Positions 41,501-49,919 of a DNA stretch of 64,000 bases are shown here, piece by piece. Under the pieces are notes generated by a model. It did no database searches. It was not told the DNA's origin and worked only from the letters and a program-made list of their open reading frames with translations. The stretch covers positions 4,703 to 68,702 of the forward strand of contig JABHXU010000001.1 of assembly GCA_018657065.1 (NCBI GenBank), given 5' to 3'. The stretch is from an archaeon. GTDB lineage: Archaea > Nanobdellota > Nanobdellia > Woesearchaeales > GW2011-AR15. The first letter of the stretch is position 1; each line of letters begins with the position of its first letter. The translations under genes and the position numbers were made by a program.

Positions 41501-41993
41501 ACATGATGTTCTTTTAATGATGAATGAAATTGAAACAAAAAAGAAAGACTTGTTTATGAATACTTTTGAAGGAATTAATGATAATTTCAAAAAGAAGTTT
41601 GTAACACTTTCCACAAAAGGAGAAGCAACATTAGAATTAGAAGATCCTGAAACAGTTTTTGAAGGAGGACTCAATATTAAAGTTAGGCTTACAGGAAAAA
41701 AGTTTATGGACATTAGATCTCTTTCAGGTGGAGAAAAAACAATGACTGCTTTAGCATTCTTATTTGCAGTTCAAGATCATGAACCTGCACCATTTTATGT
41801 TTTAGATGAAGTTGACGCAGCTTTAGATAAACGTAACGCAGAAACTTTAGCAAGTTTAATTAGACAATATATAGATAAAGCTCAGTATATAGTTATCAGT
41901 CATAATGATGGTGTTATTTCTGAAGCTGATAATTTATATGGTGTGTCCATGAATGAACATGGAATGAGTAAAGTTGTTAGTTTGCGAGTATAA
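38502..41993 (+). CDS. smc: Chromosome segregation protein SMC
   Basis: GPNGSGKSN Walker A, coiled coils, hinge, LSGGEK, LDEVDAALD. Confidence 0.97.
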   Translation: MTRVTKLVMQGFKSFAKKTEIVFGDDFNCILGPNGSGKSNVLDALCFVLGKKSAKSLRAEKSANLIYNGGKTKQAAKQAEVSIYFENHDEEFPVEEKEVKLTRIVKSTGVSTYKINNKTMNRIQVVELLSNARINPDGYNIVLQGDIVRIVEMSPLERRRIIEEIAGINIYEDKKQKALNELNKVEEKLKESDIILAERQAYLRELKKERNQAMKFKELDEKIKRNKATRLHVKINIKEKKKQGIDKDIKAKQESISKVDKEIKELKERIVIIKEDINKINKEIEEKGDKDQIRIQKIIEELRVNVGTNKSRINSIENELTRVAERKAQLQQSYDEINEKIKRLESERITYEKSINQKESQIKQLESKISGFKSKHKLSDSDNIEKEIEDLDKRAEDKLKEIQDYRETQQNLLREKDKFEYQIDSADEKIAKVLSIKKEHQRELENLTKIRQQFKQATLELNTRLNADSEVTAQLSTARSRLLKIKEELAKNRAKQVGMKENSKDIAIQKILESKNRIKGIFGTVSSLGQVNSEYSQALEVAAGGRIKSIVVESDKVASECIKLLKQSRLGVASFLPLNKIRPAVPDPNVSKVLNYPGVQGRAVDLVKFNPKYKNVFSYVFGNTVVVENIGVARKIGVGTLRMVTLDGDLTELSGAMHGGYRKRTSSHGFQEKELVTKIEEYEAQEADLEGIVSDLETKKRDNEERITKLRHEKAELEADIIKIEKSLHLEDSDLDISKNMKKDLKEQIEKVSKELNELQLKISKSNSELAQIKMQKQQLRDKINALKNPRLIAELNTYEQKKTELREEIIRIKSDMKNIEAQIETIMKPEITNTKKILKQHEKEVDTFTEEIKQLKALIKVEEKDLKEKEGMQKEFYSKYKALFKKRDSINEDLNKTEQKQYKKDESRRNIELSLNKISLDNAKITAELEGLLEEFKEYENVPIFKDKDEEKIKREIWEFERMVNNMGAVNMRALEIYDAVEKEYTSVLDKKELLVKERHDVLLMMNEIETKKKDLFMNTFEGINDNFKKKFVTLSTKGEATLELEDPETVFEGGLNIKVRLTGKKFMDIRSLSGGEKTMTALAFLFAVQDHEPAPFYVLDEVDAALDKRNAETLASLIRQYIDKAQYIVISHNDGVISEADNLYGVSMNEHGMSKVVSLRV

Positions 41994-42145
41994 TTGTTTC
42001 TTATTTGTATTTTATTGTTATTTTTTGTTTTAAGAATCAGTTAGAATAGATTTAGAAGTAATAAAAATAAAATTAGTAATTAGAGAAATAAGTAAAGAAA
42101 TGATATTATTTAACGCGATGAGCTATATCGCGCATATTAATATTT

Positions 42146-42226
42146 TTATTCAATAACACCAATAATTCTACCATTTAAGTCGCGAACAACTAAAGCGCCC
42201 CTTGGTATTTTTGTCTCGTTCAGCAT
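42146..42226 (-). CDS. Candidate 26-aa small protein
   Basis: GGGGTG SD, ATG, MLNETKIPRGALVVRDLNGRIIGVIE, downstream CGCGAT/ATCGCG hairpin. Confidence 0.5.
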   Translation of the reverse strand: MLNETKIPRGALVVRDLNGRIIGVIE

Positions 42227-42384
42227 TTGTACACCCCTTTGTTTTCTTTGTCTTTGTTAAATTGAGTCTATCTTAGTATACAAATGTATATACTAATATA
42301 TAAACATTTCGAAACTAAAACATATATTTCAGGTCAATAATAATTGTCAAAAATTTTATAAACAATGAAATGAATTGTTTTTTT

Positions 42385-42624
42385 ATGGTCGAAATAAAGG
42401 TAGATACTTCAAAAGCATCTAGGCAAGACATCAAACGAGCTATTGAGTTTTTAAAAAATTATTTGGATGAACCTTTGACAAATGACACTAATGATATGGA
42501 TGTTCCTGTTGGTGCTATGAATATTTTTGGTTCAGATCCTAGTTCATCTTCAAATGAAAATAAAGAAGAAACTATATCTGAGAAAAAAGATCCAGATCTT
42601 CAAATAAAACCAATATTTTATTAA
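42385..42624 (+). CDS. Hypothetical small acidic protein
   Basis: ORF with TTTTATAAA ~25 bp upstream of MVEIKVDT. Confidence 0.65.
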   Translation: MVEIKVDTSKASRQDIKRAIEFLKNYLDEPLTNDTNDMDVPVGAMNIFGSDPSSSSNENKEETISEKKDPDLQIKPIFY

Positions 42625-42646
42625 CCTTATTTTTTTCTTTTGTTTT

Positions 42647-43054
42647 ATGGATTATATATATCTAGATCATACTGCTGATGCTATGTTTGAAGCATATGGG
42701 AAAACAATGGAAGAAGCATTTTCTAATAGTGCTAAAGCTATGTTTAATATTTTAGTTGATATAAAAAAAGTTAAAAAAGAGCATAAAATTGTGTTTAGTT
42801 TATCAGCTAGTACTCATGAAAAATTATTATTTGATTTTTTATCAGAATTATTGTTTTATTTGGATACTGAATTTCTATTGTTTTCTAAATTTGAAATCAA
42901 AATAACAAAGGGTTTGAAACTTGAATGTGTTGCTTTTGGTGATAAAGCAATAAATTATGAGACAAAAGGAGATGTTAAAGCCATGACTTATAATGAAATG
43001 TCGATCTCTAAGTCTAAAGAAGGGATTAAAATTAGGGCAGTTGTTGATATTTGA
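42647..43054 (+). CDS. Archease
   Basis: YLDHTAD...AYG..EEAF...VKAMTY...VVDI. Confidence 0.95.
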   Translation: MDYIYLDHTADAMFEAYGKTMEEAFSNSAKAMFNILVDIKKVKKEHKIVFSLSASTHEKLLFDFLSELLFYLDTEFLLFSKFEIKITKGLKLECVAFGDKAINYETKGDVKAMTYNEMSISKSKEGIKIRAVVDI

Positions 43055-43140
43055 TTAAATATTTTGTTTAACTTCTAAAATAAAAAACTTTATATATTGT
43101 GATTACATATCTTATTAACAGAAATTTAGAGTAAGACACT

Positions 43141-43440
43141 ATGATAGAACTTGGTGGAAATATAGAACTGATAGGATTTAAGGACTTAGATTCAGCAGAA
43201 TTAATAATTCTAAAGAAGATTATTGGTAATTATGCAAGGAAGTTTTCTGATAATCTTGAAGGATATGAGCAACTTAGTATCAATTTAAAAAAAATTGGTG
43301 GTGAAAAATCTAATAAATTTGAAGTTGATGCAAAATTAATGTCAAATGGAAAACCAATTAATTCTAATGTTACTGAGAATAATGTTTTTGTTAGTGTATC
43401 TGAAGTTTTAAAAAAAGTAGAAAAACAAGTAATAAAATAA
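43141..43440 (+). CDS. Small protein with HPF/RaiA-like pattern
   Basis: Predicted beta-alpha-beta-beta-beta-alpha order; ends NVFVSVSEVLKKVEKQV. Confidence 0.55.
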   Translation: MIELGGNIELIGFKDLDSAELIILKKIIGNYARKFSDNLEGYEQLSINLKKIGGEKSNKFEVDAKLMSNGKPINSNVTENNVFVSVSEVLKKVEKQVIK

Positions 43441-43452
43441 ATAATAAAAAAA

Positions 43453-43995
43453 TTAATTAGAAGATTTCTTTTTAGCAACCTTTTTAACAGTTTTTGAAGG
43501 ACTAGATTTTTTGGTTGCAGGTTTAGTTGAAGTTTTTTTAGGTTTTGAGTCTTTTTTCTCTGAAACCTTTTTTGGTTTAGGGGTTTCTGTTTTTACTTCT
43601 TTCTTAATTTCTGTTGGTTTAACTTCTTTTTCTTCAACTTTAGCGTCTTTAGTTTTAGTTTTTTCTTCGGTTTTAGGTTTTGTATCCTTTTTATTTTTTT
43701 TATCTTCTTTTTTAGTTTCTGTTTGTGGATACTTATGACCAAATAATTCAACTGTGACTACGTCATCTTCTTTTATAGCTGTAACTTTAACATGGTGAGG
43801 TGGACTTTTAATTCCTCTTTTCCAAATTTCTTGGTTAACTATTGGTCCTAGCTTAACATTTTCATAATCACATTTCATATGTCTAGCCATGAACTCTTTT
43901 AAAGTTTTAACTGCTTTTTTAGCTCTTTTATAAGAAACTGCTCTTTGAAAACCTCTTCTTAACGGAACATTATAAATTCTTTCTGTTTTTGCCAT
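43453..43995 (-). CDS. rpl31e: Ribosomal protein eL31 with long Lys/Glu/Thr-rich tail
   Basis: ERIYNVPLRR...KRAKKAV...FMARHMK...IWKRGIKSPP. Confidence 0.95.
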   Translation of the reverse strand: MAKTERIYNVPLRRGFQRAVSYKRAKKAVKTLKEFMARHMKCDYENVKLGPIVNQEIWKRGIKSPPHHVKVTAIKEDDVVTVELFGHKYPQTETKKEDKKNKKDTKPKTEEKTKTKDAKVEEKEVKPTEIKKEVKTETPKPKKVSEKKDSKPKKTSTKPATKKSSPSKTVKKVAKKKSSN

Positions 43996-44003
43996 TTTCA
44001 TCA

Positions 44004-44180
44004 TCATGGTTTAATTCTAGAACCACGCCTCCAGCTTCTTTTAATATGAGTATGTCTACCTGGGTGAACTTTTCGGTTTTTCCCAAATATTTTTGGAACT
44101 GTCCAAAAAGGAGCCCATTTTGTTTGACCTAATTTTTTTGCTAGTCTAATTTTGACAGCAGGTCTTTTCCATTTAGTCAT
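44004..44180 (-). CDS. rpl39e: Ribosomal protein eL39, not in ORF track
   Basis: MTKWKRPAVKIRLAKKLGQTKWAPFWTVPK...KRSWRRGSRIKP; GGAG SD; canonical position between eS19 and eL31. Confidence 0.9.
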   Translation of the reverse strand: MTKWKRPAVKIRLAKKLGQTKWAPFWTVPKIFGKNRKVHPGRHTHIKRSWRRGSRIKP

Positions 44181-44911
44181 TTTTTCTCCTCCTTTTTAGT
44201 TGATTCTTTCTCTTCCATAGCTTCTGGCTTTTTTTCGTCTTTAGTTTCTACTTTTTCTTCTTTAACAGGAGCTTGTTTGTCTGAAACCTTTTTAGGTTTC
44301 TGAGCATTATCAGAAACTTTTGTTTCTGAGATTTTTTCTTCAACTTTAACTTCTTTAGTTTCAGTTTTTATTTCTTTTTTCTCTTTTTTTTCAATTTTAA
44401 GTTCTTTGTCTAAAACCTTTTTAGGTTTTGGAGCATCATCAGAAACTTTTGTTTCCGAGATTTTAGGAGCAACTACTTTTTTGAAAGGGTCTTTTACTTT
44501 AACAACTAATTTGTCAACAAAAGATTTTCCTTTAGGTGTAACTACTCGTCCTTTATGTACACCAACTTGATCTTGTTTAACAAAACCAATGATTTCAAGT
44601 TTTTGAAGAATTTTTCTTAATATGTTTCCACCAGCTTTAACTGTTCGGTCTGGTCTAACTCCTCTGTTTTTTCTTCCACCGTATTTTGTTCTTAATTTTG
44701 AGACACCAATTGGGCCTAATTTATATACCGCTCTTAAAACTGAAGCACTTCTTATATACCACCAATTTTCTTGGCTTGGAGGTCTCATGTTGTGTGGACC
44801 TGTTTTAACAAAAGAAGCCCATTCAGGTGGAGCCATTTCAGGCATTTTCTTTAATTCAACAGCCATAGCTTCGATTAAAGTTCTTGGATGAACATCATAT
44901 ATACTTACCAT
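44177..44911 (-). CDS. rps19e: Ribosomal protein eS19 with ~110-aa charged tail
   Basis: PPEWASFVKTG...WWYIRSASVLR...YGGRKNRG...GRVVTPKG. Confidence 0.96.
   Translation of the reverse strand: MVSIYDVHPRTLIEAMAVELKKMPEMAPPEWASFVKTGPHNMRPPSQENWWYIRSASVLRAVYKLGPIGVSKLRTKYGGRKNRGVRPDRTVKAGGNILRKILQKLEIIGFVKQDQVGVHKGRVVTPKGKSFVDKLVVKVKDPFKKVVAPKISETKVSDDAPKPKKVLDKELKIEKKEKKEIKTETKEVKVEEKISETKVSDNAQKPKKVSDKQAPVKEEKVETKDEKKPEAMEEKESTKKEEKK
44276..44464. repeat. Two 60-bp copies of a double-hairpin unit, in frame in the eS19 tail
   Basis: 44276-44335 vs 44405-44464, 5 mismatches; each has AAACCT-TTTT-AGGTTT and GAAAC-TTTT-GTTTC stems. Confidence 0.88.
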
Positions 44912-45044
44912 TTATGTTTACCTCTGTTTTCTTTATGTGACTTTGCAGTCATAGGTTGGGGAACTTTTTTTAGTTCGCCATAAAGAACCTTTATTTAGAA
45001 CAAGGGAAAAAGATATTGTTTATAAAGATTATTGTTTAAAACAA

Positions 45045-46730
45045 TTACATAATTTCAGGAGCGTTTATACTGAGCAAATTTAAACCACTTTTCAAAATTT
45101 CTTTTACGGCAAATACAAGTAGTAATCTTGCTTTTTGTAGATCTAAATCTTCTTGAATGATCTTATATTTATGATAATATAAATTAAATGCTTGGCTTAA
45201 ATCAAGCAAATATCGAGTAATAATATGAGGTTTATATTCTTCACCAGATTTTAAGACAATATTTGGATAATTTTTGAGTAACTTCAAAATTTCTTTTTCT
45301 TCATTAGTTTCTAGTTTAGAAAAATTAACATTTGTAGATATTTTTTCATTTACTTTTTTTAAAACACTACATGCTCTAGCGTGAGTATATTGAATATATG
45401 GTCCTGTTTCTCCTTCAAATGATAATGCTTTGTCATAGTCAAATACAATTTCTTTAACAGAATCTTGATTTAACATTGTAAATTTCATTGCTCCAAATGC
45501 AATGTCTTTAACTATAGAATCTTTTTGTTTTTCAGGCAGATTTCGTGCTTTTATTTGTTTTTCTACTTTTTCTAATAATCTATCTCTAAAATCTTCATAA
45601 AGAATAATATTTCCTAGTCTGGAGGACATTTTTCCGTCTTTAAGTTTAACAACACCATAGGAAACATGTTTAACTTTTTTTGAATCTTTATAATTAATTA
45701 ATTCAAGTGTTTTAAACAATTGTCTAAAGTGATGATCTTGTTCACTTGCAACTACATAGAGAGATAAATCAAATTTATATTCTTTAGATTTTAAATAAGC
45801 TAATGCAATGTCTTTTGTACTATATAATGACGCACCATTACTTTTCAATAATACAAAAACACCTAGTTTATGTTTTTCTAGATCCATAATTATTGCACCT
45901 TCACTAAGCTTTGCCATACCTAATTTTTCTAATTCTTTTACTTTTTTAATTCCTGGTTGTTCAACTTCACTTTCAAAATAAGCTCTGTCAATATGACTGT
46001 CAAGTTCTTTTACAATATTCCAAATATCATCTAAACATAATTTTCTTGTTTCCTTCCATAATTTAACAAGATTTTTATCGCCATCTTCAAGTTTTTTGTG
46101 AATTTCATGAATTTCATTCAAGTATTTTTCATTTTCTTTTGACTTTAATGTAGCTTTCGTATAAATTTGTCCAGACCATTTACTAACATTTGTTTTAGGA
46201 ATTTTTCCCTCATAATATTTTGTAAAATACCAAATCCATTTAGCAACATGAGCTCCAATATCACCCATGTAAGAAGATTTTATAACTTTATTTCCATTAA
46301 ACTCAAAGATTCTAGCTAAAACTTCACCTAAAACAGCGTTTCTAATATGTCCAATGTGAAATGCTTTATGAGTATTAGGTTGCCAACCTTCTAAGAGAAT
46401 TGTTTGAGGTTTTGCTAGATTATTTCCATATTTTTCTTTTTCATTATATATTTTTTCAAGGACTTCTTTAGATAGAATGTCTTTTTTCACAAAGAAGTTA
46501 ATATAGGGACCAATTTGTTTGATTTCACTTATATAATTATTAGGTTGTATTTTTTTAGATATGTCTTTGGCTATTTCAATAGGACTTTTTTTAAGTTCTT
46601 TAGCTAGGATAAAACAAGGAAAGGCATAGTCTCCCATTTTAGAATCAGGTGGAATTTCAATAATATCTTCACTAACAGTAATTTTAGAAGCATTCTTTAT
46701 TAATTTTGAAATTTCATTTTTAAAATTCAT
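45045..46730 (-). CDS. argS: Arginyl-tRNA synthetase
   Basis: PNTHKAFHIGHIRN, KMSSR, GETGPYIQYTHAR, APEIM C-terminus. Confidence 0.96.
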   Translation of the reverse strand: MNFKNEISKLIKNASKITVSEDIIEIPPDSKMGDYAFPCFILAKELKKSPIEIAKDISKKIQPNNYISEIKQIGPYINFFVKKDILSKEVLEKIYNEKEKYGNNLAKPQTILLEGWQPNTHKAFHIGHIRNAVLGEVLARIFEFNGNKVIKSSYMGDIGAHVAKWIWYFTKYYEGKIPKTNVSKWSGQIYTKATLKSKENEKYLNEIHEIHKKLEDGDKNLVKLWKETRKLCLDDIWNIVKELDSHIDRAYFESEVEQPGIKKVKELEKLGMAKLSEGAIIMDLEKHKLGVFVLLKSNGASLYSTKDIALAYLKSKEYKFDLSLYVVASEQDHHFRQLFKTLELINYKDSKKVKHVSYGVVKLKDGKMSSRLGNIILYEDFRDRLLEKVEKQIKARNLPEKQKDSIVKDIAFGAMKFTMLNQDSVKEIVFDYDKALSFEGETGPYIQYTHARACSVLKKVNEKISTNVNFSKLETNEEKEILKLLKNYPNIVLKSGEEYKPHIITRYLLDLSQAFNLYYHKYKIIQEDLDLQKARLLLVFAVKEILKSGLNLLSINAPEIM

Positions 46731-46772
46731 GATAAAGAGAATAATAGTTATAGTTAAAAAAGTTTTTGATAG

Positions 46773-47675
46773 TTAATCAAAAAATTGATGTAATTTTGAA
46801 AATGTTTCTTTAGCTTCCTGTTTATTTTTAACACCAACAACAACTGATTTGATTTGTTTGATGTTTTTTAGAAAACTCATAGATTTGTTTAAGTTAAAAC
46901 CTTTATCAAGAGAAAATGCTTTGTACGCTGTCAGAGGTTTATTTGATTCTTTAATTTTATCAAGAGTATAATCAACACTAGGACATGAAAAATCTTTATT
47001 AATCCAAATCCAATTTCCAGCAACATTAAGTTTTTCAAAACTCAATAAAGAAAGTCCACCACCTTCGCACATTCCAAGAGGAATAAAATTTCTTTGTCTA
47101 ATTAATTCAATTTCTTTTTTTACAATATCTTGTCTTCCTAGGTTGATTAAAGCGCTCGCACATAAATTTCCAACTAAAAAGAAATCACAAAATGATTCAA
47201 ATAGATCTAATTGGAAATTGTATTTATTTTCATCAAGTCTAAAAGATTCAATTTCTGCTTTTGAGAATCTTTTTTTAGTATTAATGTCTTGAAACCATTT
47301 ACATTTATTAATTATACTAGGCCCATAATAAAAAGCTTCAGAAGCTCTTAACCTTTCAATATTTTTTTCTTTATATAATAATTCATCTTTAAAAAAATAA
47401 TGAGAATGCCAATGATGATTAGATATACATATAATATCTGGATGACTTTTTTTAAAATCTTTAAGAATTTTGATTAAAGTAGGATGGGGGGACATACTAA
47501 ATCCTCTAACACCTAATTCATATGCAGTTGAGATTGTTTCAAAATATTCTTTTTCTCTTTTTTTTTCAGAGCTATATTTTTTACATTTACTAAACCATCC
47601 CGTAAAATGGTCTTCACCCATAATTATGGTAGGATAATTTTTTTCTTCTATTTGAATAAATGGAAAGTTCTTCAT
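46773..47675 (-). CDS. Hypothetical protein, distant aldo/keto-reductase-like TIM barrel
   Basis: IIMG...AYELGVRGF...KPLTAYKAF...SVVVGVKN..EA pattern. Confidence 0.5.
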   Translation of the reverse strand: MKNFPFIQIEEKNYPTIIMGEDHFTGWFSKCKKYSSEKKREKEYFETISTAYELGVRGFSMSPHPTLIKILKDFKKSHPDIICISNHHWHSHYFFKDELLYKEKNIERLRASEAFYYGPSIINKCKWFQDINTKKRFSKAEIESFRLDENKYNFQLDLFESFCDFFLVGNLCASALINLGRQDIVKKEIELIRQRNFIPLGMCEGGGLSLLSFEKLNVAGNWIWINKDFSCPSVDYTLDKIKESNKPLTAYKAFSLDKGFNLNKSMSFLKNIKQIKSVVVGVKNKQEAKETFSKLHQFFD

Positions 47676-47906
47676 AATATATTATGACAAGTTGAAATTT
47701 ATTAACTTTTTGTAACAAAAAACTACTAAAATAAATTTGAAATAAATATATGTATTTGTGGACATAAAAACAGTAAGGTTTATAAACGATAAAAAATTCC
47801 AAAGCGACATGCCTTCCAATTATTCTGCTAGAACTTAAATGATTATGTTACTTGTGGAAACTATGGGAGGATAAGATGTTCAAAGAAATTTGAATATTTA
47901 CATCAT

Positions 47907-47981
47907 GCCCAAGTGGTGTAGCTCGGCCTATCATGAAGCCCTGTCGAGGCTTCGACCCGGGTTCGAATCCCGGCTTGGGCG
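47907..47981 (+). tRNA. tRNA-Asp(GTC)
   Basis: GCCCAAG acceptor, AAGCC-CT-GTC-GA-GGCTT, GGTTCGAATCC. Confidence 0.96.
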
Positions 47982-48008
47982 CTTTAACCCTTATTCGTAA
48001 GGGTTTAC

Positions 48009-48082
48009 GGGCCGGTAGCTCAGTTTGGTAGAGCACCTGACTTTTAATCAGGTGGTCGCGAGTTCGAATCTCGTCCGGCCCA
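48009..48082 (+). tRNA. tRNA-Lys(TTT)
   Basis: GGGCCGG acceptor, CCTGA-CT-TTT-AA-TCAGG, AGTTCGAATCT. Confidence 0.96.
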
Positions 48083-48178
48083 TTTATATTTTTAGAATAA
48101 CAACATTGCTCAACTGGTGGGTGTGCAATGTAAGGGACCACTTAAGCGACAAGACAAGCTTTCCCAAATAAACAAAAG

Positions 48179-48436
48179 GTGATCACAATAGCAAAGAAAA
48201 CCCCTGAAGTAGATGTTTCTAAGCATATTCTAGTTCCTAAACATATTAAACTTAATGACAAAGAAAAAGCTAGCTTACTTGAGAAATACAAGATAACTCT
48301 AGAAGAATTACCAAGAATTTTTATTGATGACCCAGCTGTTGCAAATCTGGAATTGACAACTGATGATGTAATATTAGTTAAAAGACCAAGTGAAACTGCT
48401 GGAATAACCGATTTTTATAGGAGAGTTGTAAAATGA
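48179..48436 (+). CDS. rpoH: RNA polymerase subunit Rpo5 (H); start uncertain
   Basis: HILVPKH...LPRI..DDP...RPSETAG..FYRRVV. Confidence 0.95.
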   Translation: MITIAKKTPEVDVSKHILVPKHIKLNDKEKASLLEKYKITLEELPRIFIDDPAVANLELTTDDVILVKRPSETAGITDFYRRVVK

Positions 48437-49914
48437 ACCCAAGAGATATTTTAATAAAAAAATACTTTGAGAATACTTCATTAGTGAGTTCTGATATTGA
48501 ATCATTTGATAGATTTATAGAATTTGAATTGCAAAAAATTGTTGACGAGAATGGAACAATCTTACCAACAATTATTCCGCACACAATTGATGAATTCAAA
48601 ATTAAATTTGGAAAAATTACCATAGGAAAACCTGAAATAACTGAAGCAGATGGTTCAAAAAGGCCAGTCTATCCAATTGAAGGTAGACTTAGAAAAATAT
48701 CATATGCGGCTCCTCTTTATATTGAAATAAGTGCTCATGTTGATGGTATTCAAAGAGAATCTTTTACAGCTCAAATTGGAAATTTCCCAATAATGTTGAA
48801 ATCTAAATTTTGTCATTTATATGGAAAAACTGAAAAAGAATTAATTGAACTAGGAGAAGATCCTTTTGATCCTGGTGGATATTTTATTGTTAATGGAACT
48901 GAAAAAGTTTTAATTAATGTTGAAGATTTAGCTCCAAATAAAATGCTAGTGGAAAAAAATAATTTAGGTCCAACAAAATTTACTGGAAAACTTTTTAGTG
49001 AACATGGTGCTTATAAAATTCCACATACATTTGAAAAATTAAAAGACGATATTTTTTACTTATCATTTACAAGAGTTAAAAGAGTTCCTTTAGTTGTTAT
49101 TCTTAAAGCATTAGGTATGATTAAAGATGAAGAAATAATGACAACAATCAATTCAGAATTTAAAGATGAAGTCTACATTAATTTATTTGAACATGTAAGT
49201 ATTAAAAGTGAAGAAGAAGCATTAGACTTTGTTGCAAAAAAAATAGGTATTACACAAGCTAAAGAAATAAGAATTGAGAGAATGAAAGAAATTCTTGATA
49301 AATACTTATTGCCTCATTTAGGAACATCAATGGATGATAGGATGTATAAAGCTAAAAATTTATGTAAATTATTAAAAAAATACATTGCAGTTTCAAATGG
49401 AAAAATTGGAAAAGATGATAAAGATCATTATATGAATAAAAGATTAAAATTATCAGGTGTATTATTGTCTGATTTATTCAGAGTTAATTTAAAAGTTTTA
49501 ATTGGAGATTTACTTTACAATTTTCAAAGAATTGTCAAGAGAGGAAAATTTCCTTCAATTAAAGTTATTATTAGAGATAAACTCTTAACCCAAAGAATTT
49601 ATAGTTCAATGGCAACAGGAAATTGGGTAGGAGGAAGAAAAGGTATTGCACAAAGAATGCAACGACTTAACTACTTAGAATCTCTATCACACTTACAAAG
49701 AGTTGTAAGCCCACTTTCTGCAAGTCAAGAGAATTTTGACGCTAGAGCACTTCATAGTACACATTTAGGAAGATTATGTCCTATTGAAACTCCAGAAGGA
49801 ACAAACATAGGACTTAGAAAGAATTTAGCATTATTAACTCAAATTTCACAAGATAAAGAAGAAGATGAAATTGTTAAGATTCTAAAAACATCAGGAGTAA
49901 AACTGGCCAGGTGA
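48433..49914 (+). CDS. rpoB2: RNA polymerase subunit Rpo2N (B'')
   Basis: DPGGYFIVNGTEKV, DKDHY.NKRL, GRLCPIETPEG.N.GL.KNLA. Confidence 0.96.
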   Translation: MNPRDILIKKYFENTSLVSSDIESFDRFIEFELQKIVDENGTILPTIIPHTIDEFKIKFGKITIGKPEITEADGSKRPVYPIEGRLRKISYAAPLYIEISAHVDGIQRESFTAQIGNFPIMLKSKFCHLYGKTEKELIELGEDPFDPGGYFIVNGTEKVLINVEDLAPNKMLVEKNNLGPTKFTGKLFSEHGAYKIPHTFEKLKDDIFYLSFTRVKRVPLVVILKALGMIKDEEIMTTINSEFKDEVYINLFEHVSIKSEEEALDFVAKKIGITQAKEIRIERMKEILDKYLLPHLGTSMDDRMYKAKNLCKLLKKYIAVSNGKIGKDDKDHYMNKRLKLSGVLLSDLFRVNLKVLIGDLLYNFQRIVKRGKFPSIKVIIRDKLLTQRIYSSMATGNWVGGRKGIAQRMQRLNYLESLSHLQRVVSPLSASQENFDARALHSTHLGRLCPIETPEGTNIGLRKNLALLTQISQDKEEDEIVKILKTSGVKLAR

Positions 49915-49919
49915 AAAAA

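Noticed and set aside
47804-47882. Possible 5S rRNA
   Set aside because: Too short and lacks recognisable 5S motifs such as CCGAAC; kept only as an unidentified structured segment
47848-48141. 97-aa minus-strand ORF
   Set aside because: Antisense to tRNA-Asp and tRNA-Lys
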